Program-made: the position numbers and the translations under genes
Notes under the pieces: generated by a model
The model's database searches: none
What the model was told of the DNA's origin: nothing
What the model saw: only the letters and a program-made list of their open reading frames with translations
Shown here: in pieces, positions 7,329-14,451 of the stretch
Numbering within the stretch: position 1 is the first letter of the stretch
Layout of the letters: every line of letters starts with the position of its first letter
Source of the DNA: a virus
Lineage: Duplodnaviria; Heunggongvirae; Uroviricota; Caudoviricetes
Length of the DNA: 39,994 nucleotides
Virus record (IMG/VR): IMGVR_UViG_3300023371_000094
Direction: 5' to 3' (one strand)

Positions 7329-8846
7329 TTATTTCAACGCATCTTCAACAGGCTGATATCTGGGTGTGTTGAGTGTCTCAAGCAGGCACTCGAACGGATC
7401 TGTCTTGCCACTCATAACCATCTTACAGATGTTTACGGAGAAACCGCTTACAAGGGCAACTCCCATATTGTTCTCACGAACGGGGATGGTATTCGTTCTG
7501 GAGTTTACGTTCCAGAATACGAGGCGAGGGAGCTTATATCCATATCCTCTGTACTTGGCTTCGATGGTTTTGAAGAGATTTGCACCAATGCGACCGGTAG
7601 TTGCACAGTCAAACTCCATATCGGAGATGATAAGGATGTTCGCAGGAATATCCTCTTGGCGCATATTGTTACGAATCGCAGTGTTCAAAATGAGGTCGAA
7701 TACCGCCTCGATATTGGTGTTAGAAATCTCGCTGTGCCCAAGAGCAATAGAAATCTTGTCGCGCAAACTCTGCCCACGACTGAAATCAACGAGCTGAGGA
7801 CGGGAGGAGAAGGTGATGTACTTGTTCTTGAACTCGCCAGAAGAACGCTCTGCAAAGTAGATTGCCAAAGAATTTGCAACTTCAAGAGCAGTCACTCCCG
7901 AGCTACCTACTCTCGACATCATCGAGCCAGAGCCGTCGGCAACAACGATCGTATTACCGCATCCCTGAACAAGGTCGGGGAGGTTCTTCCAAAGAGCTTC
8001 GATTGTTGCGTCATAACTCTTTGGGGTTCTACCATAACCGCCACTGCAGTACTGGTGTACGATGTCGTAAGGGAAGAGTGTAGAAGCATTGATGCGTGCT
8101 TCACCCTTTTCAAGGCTTGCAAGGAATGCTCTTCTTCGTTCCTCGTCGTTTCTGAGGAATGCGCCGTTGTAAATAAGATTTGCACGAGAGGGAACTGCTT
8201 CGTAATCGATTTCGCCCCACATCTTAGCAGACATCTTAACCTCGACGACGTCCGTATATCTACGGAGTGCGCTGAGTGTTCTACGGTATTCGCTTTCCTT
8301 CATCTCAAGAGCATTGCGTAAGATCTTTGCATATCTCTTAGTAGTAGCGGAGGAAGCATTTGCGGATGGCATCCATTTACCGAGAAGGGAAATAGGCTTT
8401 CTGTTGCGACTGTTCGCAACATCTTCGGTGAGTTGCTGACTTACAAACTCAACAATATAGGGACGAAGCTCGTTGTCGTCGAGGAGCGACCAAAGGTCAT
8501 CATATCTTCCGTATTCCGGAATAAGTCCGACAACCTTACGAGCCGTCTCGGGCTCATACTTGGCTATGTATTTCATTGCGGTTCTGAAGAGCCTACGCTC
8601 GCCAAGACCGCCGCGCACATCTCTGGCGAAGAAGAGCCACTTCATAGCCAGAACTTTGTTTTCGAGAAATGCTGCCTGAAAACGACGGACGATTTCACCT
8701 TCGTTTGCGGAACGGAGAGATGCGACCGCAAAGTTGATGTCAAGCAGAGCTTTGCCTGTCGTGCGGTATCCTACCGCGCCGTTCTCGGTGACGGACTCGT
8801 TGAAATTTTCGAGCATTTCATTCTTCATTGCATCCATAAAACTCAT
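7329..8846 (-). CDS. DUF2828 family protein (helical N-terminus plus VWA; possibly a distant TROVE/Ro60 relative)
   Basis: TENGA, LFFARDVRGGLGER, KWMPS, VVADGSGSM (MIDAS), IISDMEFD, VFWNV. Confidence 0.85.
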   Translation of the reverse strand: MSFMDAMKNEMLENFNESVTENGAVGYRTTGKALLDINFAVASLRSANEGEIVRRFQAAFLENKVLAMKWLFFARDVRGGLGERRLFRTAMKYIAKYEPETARKVVGLIPEYGRYDDLWSLLDDNELRPYIVEFVSQQLTEDVANSRNRKPISLLGKWMPSANASSATTKRYAKILRNALEMKESEYRRTLSALRRYTDVVEVKMSAKMWGEIDYEAVPSRANLIYNGAFLRNDEERRRAFLASLEKGEARINASTLFPYDIVHQYCSGGYGRTPKSYDATIEALWKNLPDLVQGCGNTIVVADGSGSMMSRVGSSGVTALEVANSLAIYFAERSSGEFKNKYITFSSRPQLVDFSRGQSLRDKISIALGHSEISNTNIEAVFDLILNTAIRNNMRQEDIPANILIISDMEFDCATTGRIGANLFKTIEAKYRGYGYKLPRLVFWNVNSRTNTIPVRENNMGVALVSGFSVNICKMVMSGKTDPFECLLETLNTPRYQPVEDALK

Positions 8847-8893
8847 TGTTTTAACCCTCTTTCTTTTTTATTTTTGTTTGAATGGATGTCCCC

Positions 8894-8952
8894 AAGACGC
8901 AGAAGTATTCAGATTAACCGTCTGAGCTTTTGAAATTTGCTGTAAGCGTCTT
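8894..8952 (-). ncRNA. ACAGCAA module (b) in the DUF2828 5' leader
   Basis: AAGACGC-tt-ACAGCAA...TCAGA-CGGTTAA-TCTGA...GCGTCTT. Confidence 0.55.
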
Positions 8953-8968
8953 AGAGGGTTGTAAGAGC

Positions 8969-9031
8969 AAGGCACATTGCAAGATAAAAATTCCCTAAAT
9001 TTTCCTTTGTTAATATTGCTGTGAGTGCCTT
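8969..9031 (-). ncRNA. ACAGCAA module (c)
   Basis: AAGGCAC-tc-ACAGCAA...AAAAT-TTAGGGA-ATTTT...GTGCCTT. Confidence 0.55.
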
Positions 9032-9033
9032 AA

Positions 9034-9163
9034 TGGTTGGGAAGGTTGGATTCGAACCAACGTAACATAATGTGGCGGATTTTCAGTCCGTACATTGCAG
9101 TTGTGGTCTTAACCAAGACCAACATAATGGTTCCGCTGTCTTTAGCCACTTGACTACTTCCCA
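9034..9163 (-). tRNA. tRNA-like gene, GAA (Phe) anticodon, long variable arm, 45-nt insertion in the anticodon stem
   Basis: Acceptor TGGGAAG/CTTCCCA-A-CCA, T arm GTTGG-TTCGAAT-CCAAC. Anticodon arm GCGGA-CTGAAAA-TCCGC is restored by removing 9090-9134. Confidence 0.65.
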
Positions 9164-9169
9164 ATAAAG

Positions 9170-9254
9170 TGGTGGGCGAGGCAGGACTCGAACCTGCGAA
9201 GCCGAACGGCAACGGGTTTACAGCCCGCCGGAATTGCCGCTATCCGACTCGCCC
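9170..9254 (-). tRNA. tRNA-Tyr(GTA)
   Basis: GGGCGAG/CTCGCCC-A-CCA, GCGGG-CTGTAAA-CCCGT, long variable arm, GCAGG-TTCGAGT-CCTGC. Confidence 0.92.
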
Positions 9255-9263
9255 AAAGCGATG

Positions 9264-9381
9264 CGAGAGTGGCAGGACTCGAACCTGCGACCACGGAGTT
9301 AACAGCTCAAAATAACCTTGCAGTATAAGGCTTTTACAAACCTCGTTAATTACGTGCTCTATCCAACTGAGCTACACTCTC
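9264..9381 (-). tRNA. tRNA-Asn(GTT) with 44-nt insertion between nt 28 and 29
   Basis: GAGAGTG/CACTCTC-G73, GCTC-AGTTGGATA-GAGC, CG[9309-9352]GAG-CTGTTAA-CTCCG, canonical T arm. No encoded CCA. Confidence 0.7.
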
Positions 9382-9388
9382 GATACGG

Positions 9389-9504
9389 TAGGGGTGATAG
9401 GATTTGAACCTATGACCACGAGCGAATGCAGTGCTAAAGAAAATTGCAGTAGCAGTCGATAACTCGACTAACAATACGTGCTCTAACCGCTGAGCTACAC
9501 CCCT
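9389..9504 (-). tRNA. tRNA-like gene with 41-nt insertion at 28/29 and a 9-nt anticodon loop (GCA central)
   Basis: AGGGGTG/CACCCCT-A, GCTC-AGCGGTTA-GAGC, CG[9436-9476]AGC-ACTGCATTC-GCTCG, ATAGG-TTCAAAT-CCTAT. Confidence 0.6.
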
Positions 9505-9512
9505 ATAAAGGT

Positions 9513-9606
9513 GACGGGGAATAAGAGATTACTTTCGTGGGAGGGTTGAAAAATTATAAGCTTTTCAAATTTCTTTATATGTAGATTGCTGTAAGCGATC
9601 CCCGTC
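9513..9606 (-). ncRNA. ACAGCAA module (d)
   Basis: GACGGGGA...ACAGCAA...TTGAAAAG-CTTATAA-TTTTTCAA...TCCCCGTC. Confidence 0.55.
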
Positions 9607-9647
9607 CGTGTCGCTTGGAAAGAACGGAAGTAATCTCGGGAAAATAC

Positions 9648-9783
9648 AAGGCACAAGTTGAAGATAAGGGCGCCAATGGAAACGGCGCTGGTTGCGCGGC
9701 GGCAATTGCGGAGATTGCCGTAAAGGGGCGCAAGATTGTAAGAATATGTTGTTTATTTCATAAGAAATTGCTGTATGTGCCTT
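9648..9783 (-). ncRNA. ACAGCAA module (e)
   Basis: AAGGCACA-t-ACAGCAA...GCGCCG-TTTCCAT-TGGCGC...TGTGCCTT. Confidence 0.55.
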
Positions 9784-10141
9784 AAACATTAGGGAAGCGC
9801 GTCATTCTGGTTGTTTTCCAAGGTAAGATGCAACCTAACTTTGCCTTGGTCATCCTCTCGTCTTTCCGAGTCGTCATTGACGGGCTTCAAGGAGCGTTCC
9901 CAGAAGGGAGATGGGAAAGGGGGAACGCATTTCGGGGAAGCGTAACCCGTAAACATTCAACGAGCGAATTACGCCCGGGGCGAGTATCGCCCAGTATCGC
10001 TTCAAATCACTCTTAACGGCTGTTCATCTAACTCCATTTACCACTGCTGCTTCGGCTCCCCAAAGTATTACGGGGGTGCTTTCTTCAACTACATACTCCG
10101 CATTTAATTGAGGCTTCGTGGCACCGTATTAAGAAATTGGT

Positions 10142-10417
10142 TTAGAGCTTTTTACCACGGATACTTTTGTTCCAAACCATCCCATTGTCAACCTCAGCGA
10201 AGTCGAACTTTTCATTCAGTTGCTCTATGAGCGACCAAATGGTATAATCCACGGGCTGGGGCTTCTCTTTGTTTTTAGAAAAGTGTTTGGAGGCAAATAT
10301 CTCGAAGGCAATATACCTCAAAATTTCACCTTCGCTATGTTGCAAGAGGCAATTCGTGGCTTCTTTTCTTGTTGCGTAAGGAACAGAGCAAAGAGGGCAA
10401 TGATAATGCTCATTCAT
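10142..10417 (-). CDS. Small hypothetical protein, N-terminal Zn-finger-like motif
   Basis: CPLC...C...H near the N-terminus; RBS AAGGAGA. Confidence 0.65.
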   Translation of the reverse strand: MNEHYHCPLCSVPYATRKEATNCLLQHSEGEILRYIAFEIFASKHFSKNKEKPQPVDYTIWSLIEQLNEKFDFAEVDNGMVWNKSIRGKKL

Positions 10418-10443
10418 AGCTTTCTCCTTATCAAATAATTGTT

Positions 10444-10472
10444 TTATGAGGTTTCTAAATATGGTTTATAAT
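10444..10472 (+). promoter_or_regulatory. Weak sigmaA-type promoter pointing antisense into R4
   Basis: TTATGA-17 bp (contains CTAAATATGG)-TATAAT. Confidence 0.4.
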
Positions 10473-10477
10473 GTCCG

Positions 10478-10783
10478 TACCACAATCCATGTATAAAACC
10501 TGAAGTGAGCTCATCCGACGAAGAGTCCCGAGGATGTCGAAATAAGGTTAATTATTTCGAGTTCAACAGGAAAATTAAGTTGAAAAGATGTGGATAATTA
10601 CCAATTTATAGGTATTTAGTGGAGGATAAGTCGCCGACTTTGGCTGGGAGATGGCGCATTGCGACGTTTAACGGGCGATGCAGCCATCCGGATCGTAGAT
10701 CCGATGAGTAATCCTTCTCACATCTTGTCACTTTGAGTGTAACCCAAAGCCCTTCCCAAAGGGAAGACATTTCGATTGTAGTA
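10478..10783 (-). ncRNA. Remote retron-type msr-msd ncRNA cassette R4 (306 nt)
   Basis: a2 TACTACAATC (10774-10783) / a1 GATTGTGGTA (10478-10487), 10 bp with one G-U. G at 10773, spacer AAATG, hairpin TCTTCCC-TTT-GGGAAGG, hairpin GCTTTGGG-TTACA-CTCAAAGT (10730-10750) identical to R1. Confidence 0.82.
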
Positions 10784-10924
10784 TAAGCTCATCAGCCGAC
10801 CAAAGGTCACGGGATTGGTGAGGTATAAGCCATACTGATGAGCAGGAGAGCAAGTGTCTAAATATGTTTTAGATTGGGCAGAAAAAATAATCCCGATGGC
10901 TTGTCATTTGGATTTGACAAGTAT

Positions 10925-10953
10925 ATTATAAACCATATTTAGAACTTTGTCAA
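10925..10953 (-). promoter_or_regulatory. Consensus sigmaA promoter driving the leftward RNA/accessory region
   Basis: TTGACA-aagttctaaatatggtt (17)-TATAAT, with an upstream A/T tract. Confidence 0.85.
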
Positions 10954-10984
10954 GGGGTTTTCGAAAAAAAGTTGAAAAATTTTT

Positions 10985-11353
10985 TTAGGTAGTTGCAGGG
11001 GCTTCGCGACGCTTCCTCATATACTCCCTCATATATGCCGCTTTCTTAGCTTTACGCTCCGCCGCTTTCTGCTCGGGGGAGAGGGGAGGGGGAGATGATG
11101 CGGGGCTTGACGAAGTGTCGCCCATACCAGATGCTCTTACGATCTCATAGGAAGCGATTTCCTCTTCGAGCTGAGCTTTGGTGGTAGCGATTTTGAGGTG
11201 AAGGGCATCATTCTTATGTGCCACGAGCTTTACGCCGGTGCAGTTCAGGACGATTTCAGCCGAACCCTTCTTTTCGATTGTACCGAGAACCTTAATGCAG
11301 TGCTTTAACGCCCTCGCCTTTTTGCCGATATCTTCTGCGGAAACTCTGTCCAT
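10985..11353 (-). CDS. Hypothetical protein with basic C-terminus
   Basis: 122-aa ORF with RBS AAAGGAG. Confidence 0.65.
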   Translation of the reverse strand: MDRVSAEDIGKKARALKHCIKVLGTIEKKGSAEIVLNCTGVKLVAHKNDALHLKIATTKAQLEEEIASYEIVRASGMGDTSSSPASSPPPLSPEQKAAERKAKKAAYMREYMRKRREAPATT

Positions 11354-11368
11354 ATGTATGCTCCTTTC

Positions 11369-11641
11369 TTAAGCGGCAGGTGCCCAGCGGATGAGAATTT
11401 GCCCATCGTTGCATCTGCTGCACTCGTAACCCAGCTCATCTTCGAGATAAGCGATTACTCCCGTGGGATTGCTCAGACACTTAGGATTGATTTTCATAGA
11501 AGTATGACGCTTTCCCGCAGACTCTCTGATTTCATTGCAGATTCCGTCTGCTTCCTCTTCGATGGCTTGGCGAACTGCAAGCCTATGCGTCTTAACGGCT
11601 TCGTCATAGATTTCCTTTGCTTTAACTGCACTCAACATCAT
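11369..11641 (-). CDS. Hypothetical protein
   Basis: 90-aa ORF, co-oriented, purine-rich RBS. Confidence 0.6.
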   Translation of the reverse strand: MMLSAVKAKEIYDEAVKTHRLAVRQAIEEEADGICNEIRESAGKRHTSMKINPKCLSNPTGVIAYLEDELGYECSRCNDGQILIRWAPAA

Positions 11642-11700
11642 TCGATACCTGCACTTTCTTTCTTTATAATTTCTTTCTTGGATATTAGCTACCGTATACA

Positions 11701-11739
11701 GTAAGCTTAATATAAGCTACCCTAATCAGTAAGCTAATA
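11701..11739 (-). repeat. Inverted copy of the AGCT-rich iteron block at 16610-16646
   Basis: Reverse complement TATTAGCTTACTGATTAGGGTAGCTTATATTAAGCTTAC matches 16610-16646 at 35 of 39 positions. Confidence 0.8.
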
Positions 11740-11770
11740 TATATAGGGACGAAAAAAGCGCCTGTTTTCA

Positions 11771-12178
11771 TTACAAGCGCTTCTTGATGATTTTGCATTT
11801 GGTTTTCTTTACGTGGACATCAGACACATAAAAGGTCACGATGAACGAACCGTCCTCAAGTCCTGTGCCTTCGATATTAAATCCGTCGCATAGATCCAAT
11901 GCTTTTGTGAAGTTTTTCATACTGGTAGAGTCTTCCCCGAAGGTAAGCTCACCGACGAAACGAATTGCAATCGCTCCAATGGTATCACGGGGGATCGTGT
12001 TACGATACTCAATCGTTCCGTTGTTGTCTTTCGCAAGAGCCTCAGCGTATTCCGATACCTCGTTAAACTTACGCATCTGCTCGGGGTTCACCGCATAGTC
12101 GTCGTTGCTGATTTGCTCACGAGCTCTAAGCATCTCTCTGCCAATGTCCTTGCATAGGTCAGTTTCTTTTTCTGTCAT
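11771..12178 (-). CDS. Hypothetical protein
   Basis: ORF track 11771-12220; ATG 12178 with RBS AAGAGGT preferred. Confidence 0.65.
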   Translation of the reverse strand: MTEKETDLCKDIGREMLRAREQISNDDYAVNPEQMRKFNEVSEYAEALAKDNNGTIEYRNTIPRDTIGAIAIRFVGELTFGEDSTSMKNFTKALDLCDGFNIEGTGLEDGSFIVTFYVSDVHVKKTKCKIIKKRL

Positions 12179-12381
12179 TTTACCTCTTTTCCGCGGGACT
12201 TGGTAAACAGTCGCCGCCAATGATATTCGATTGTCGGCAACGACCGTAGGTCATTTGAGAAAACGCTATGCGTCTTGTAAAGAGAAAGGCGAGTTTATAG
12301 GCACTCGCCCGAGCCCTGTGAAAGGCTACGCTTCCACACACGCACATACACCAAGCAACCACGAATGGTGTATGTACCTAT

Positions 12382-12410
12382 ATTATATCACACCAAAGCG
12401 TGATTGTCAA
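12382..12410 (-). promoter_or_regulatory. Consensus sigmaA promoter with palindromic spacer
   Basis: TTGACA-atcacgctttggtgtga (17)-TATAAT; the spacer contains TCAC...GTGA. Confidence 0.8.
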
Positions 12411-12425
12411 TAGCTTGTTGCAGGA

Positions 12426-13220
12426 TTACTCCTTGACGGTCTTGTAACCCTCAACCGTATAGCGTCCGTTCTCGATGATGCGGAGGCAGATTTCGGTGAT
12501 TACAAGGCGGAAGAAGCCGTCCTTAGCGACTGCAAGCGAGAGAGCCTTTTTGCCCTTCTTGGTGTAGCATCCAAGCAGGTAAGCCACGTCGTGGTTGTTG
12601 CACTTGTATGCATTACCGCCCTTGCCGTCGTCCTTAAAGATGATGCCGTTGATTACGATTTGCAACGCCTTGCAAATCTGAGTGTCGCTGGTAGGCGTTT
12701 CGCCCATTTCGAGCTTGCGTGCCTGCTCCTTGAGGTAGTATGACTTGGCGATTTCAGCGATTTCGGCATCGGTACACTTAAGCGTTTTTGCCGCACGGAG
12801 GCAGAGAAGCTGATTGAGCTTTGCCGCCGCATACTGCCAATCGGTAGGCAGTTCAACGCCACCCGCACTCTTGCTATACTCGCAGAATTTGAGCAGGTCA
12901 AGCTGACGCTCCTTTTCCACGAGTTCGAGTCCGATAACCTTTTTGCTTTCACCCTCACTCTTCTTATCCCTGTGGCGAAGCGTCTTGTAAGAGTAACGCT
13001 TGATAGCCGCAACGATGGGCTCAGCGGTTGCGAGAAGTTCGTCATAGATGATGGTCACGAGAACCTTCTCATACTCCTTTTCTGCCTTACCGAGAGCTTC
13101 CTCTGCCTTATAAAGGTCAGACAAGTTGCCCTTAGTGATGGCTTTCGTGCCATCAGCGATAAGCTTCTCCATCTGGGTTTTGAGGTTCGCAAGTACATTT
13201 GCCTTTTTGTTAGTTGCCAT
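12426..13220 (-). CDS. Hypothetical Lys/Ala-rich phage protein
   Basis: True start is probably MATNKK at ATG 13220 (RBS AAGGAG). The upstream extension in the track is probably non-coding. Confidence 0.75.
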   Translation of the reverse strand: MATNKKANVLANLKTQMEKLIADGTKAITKGNLSDLYKAEEALGKAEKEYEKVLVTIIYDELLATAEPIVAAIKRYSYKTLRHRDKKSEGESKKVIGLELVEKERQLDLLKFCEYSKSAGGVELPTDWQYAAAKLNQLLCLRAAKTLKCTDAEIAEIAKSYYLKEQARKLEMGETPTSDTQICKALQIVINGIIFKDDGKGGNAYKCNNHDVAYLLGCYTKKGKKALSLAVAKDGFFRLVITEICLRIIENGRYTVEGYKTVKE

Positions 13221-13252
13221 AACAATTCTCCTTATGTATTTTTTTAGCAATC

Positions 13253-13497
13253 GGTTGGTTATCCACTCTCGCCACGGGGAGGCTTGCTTTTTGAGAGCAC
13301 ACATAGTGTGAGGCGGTCGGCTTGAAAGCCGTAAACCCGCCCCGTTTATTAAGTATTGAAGTTTTTGTCCTGACTTTTGGCAGGTCATAGTTGCATCGCT
13401 ATGCCGTTTTTGCCGTTCGGTAGGCTCGCCCCATAAGCACAACCCTTATGGTAGTCCTCAAATTGGTTGGTTATCCACACCTGCCACGTGGAGGCTT
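13253..13497. repeat. Two 33-bp direct repeats (13253-13285, 13465-13497)
   Basis: GGTTGGTTATCCAC-N4-GCCACG-K-GGAGGCTT, 29/33 identical. Confidence 0.8.
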
Positions 13498-14097
13498 TGA
13501 GGTTAGGTGTAAAAGAGCCGTTAAACCTATACAGATCTGTCTAACGGCTCCCTATATGGTAAAGGGTTTGCATCTCATAACTACAAACCCTATGTATTTT
13601 GGTTAATATTCACGCTATTTATAGCCCGTAATACTCGCACATTCCAACGGCTTCCATCGGCGTTGCCGACATTCACATCATTAAGACCTCGCCACTCATA
13701 CAATGCCTTGGCACTGTAAGCGTATAGCTTAACCTTAAAGCAGGTCAATGCTTGTATTCGTGATTATAACATCACGCATAGACATCGTTGCACAAGCCGA
13801 GTTTAGGTTTAATGCCATACCTGTTGCCATTTTCACTATCTGACTCGCCGCAGGTCTACTCCCATACGGCTTAACCGACGCCTTGTCATATCGTCAAGGT
13901 CGTTACTCTTGTGGGCAAGAGTACCCCTATACCGCTATTGCTCGGTAAGGTTGAGCATTACAACACTTTGCATACGTTCCGTTAACCGCAAGGTTATCCG
14001 CCCACACCACGAGGAGGCATATGCTTCGTGGGCATCTGCGACCTTTGGTAGTCGCTCACCCCATAACTATTACGTGGTTATGGTCACGCTTGGCAAA

Positions 14098-14232
14098 TTA
14101 CTTGCCGTACTTGTTGCGACCTTGACCGCTAAAGTCGCATATACCTGCATCAACGGCATCACGCCTTGATTTGCAGTCGCAACCTAAAACAAGTGCAAGG
14201 AACTCAACAACACCTCTTAAGAACTTCTTCAT
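14098..14232 (-). CDS. Small hypothetical protein (44 aa)
   Basis: MKKFLRGVVEFLALVLG... behind AGGAAGGA. Confidence 0.35.
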   Translation of the reverse strand: MKKFLRGVVEFLALVLGCDCKSRRDAVDAGICDFSGQGRNKYGK

Positions 14233-14277
14233 ACCCATATCCTTCCTGAGTGTGTGTTTTTCGTGTGCGTTCCGTCC

Positions 14278-14451
14278 GTGCCGTTGTCGGTCGGCTCGGT
14301 CGGTCGGCACTCAAAGGGAACTGCCGTCAACCCCTTTAGGGGTTCGGTCGCTCCGCTTTCGTGTGTGCCGTGTGCCGTGTGCCGTTGTCGGTCGGCTCGG
14401 TCGGTCGGCACTCAAAGGGAACTGCCGTCAACCCCTTTAGGGGTTCGGTCG
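14278..14451. repeat. Perfect 73-bp direct repeat x2 (period 101); degenerate third copy near 15581-15670
   Basis: GTGCCGTTGTCGGTCGGCTCGGTCGGTCGGCACTCAAAGGGAACTGCCGTCAACCCCTTTAGGGGTTCGGTCG at 14278 and 14379. Confidence 0.9.

Noticed and set aside
9090-9476. tRNA inserts as group I/II or archaeal BHB introns
   Set aside because: 41-45 nt is far too short for self-splicing cores; the position is 28/29 rather than 33/34 or 37/38; no clear bulge-helix-bulge could be drawn.
9790-10140. RNase P RNA, tmRNA, SRP or 6S
   Set aside because: None of the hallmark motifs found (GAGGAAAGUCC, tRNA-like ends with tag ORF, SRP domain IV). Kept only as an unknown structured candidate.
10766-10843. Hammerhead-like CUGAUGA...GAAA on the - strand just 5' of R4
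   Set aside because: Stem II has only the closing G-C and stem III pairs over only 2 bp. The CUGAUGAGC is fully complementary to an upstream GCUCAUCAG, and the GAAA is explained as the conserved branch G plus spacer.
14278-14451. CRISPR array
   Set aside because: Only two perfect units, 73 bp long with one 28-bp gap; no cas genes; repeat too long.
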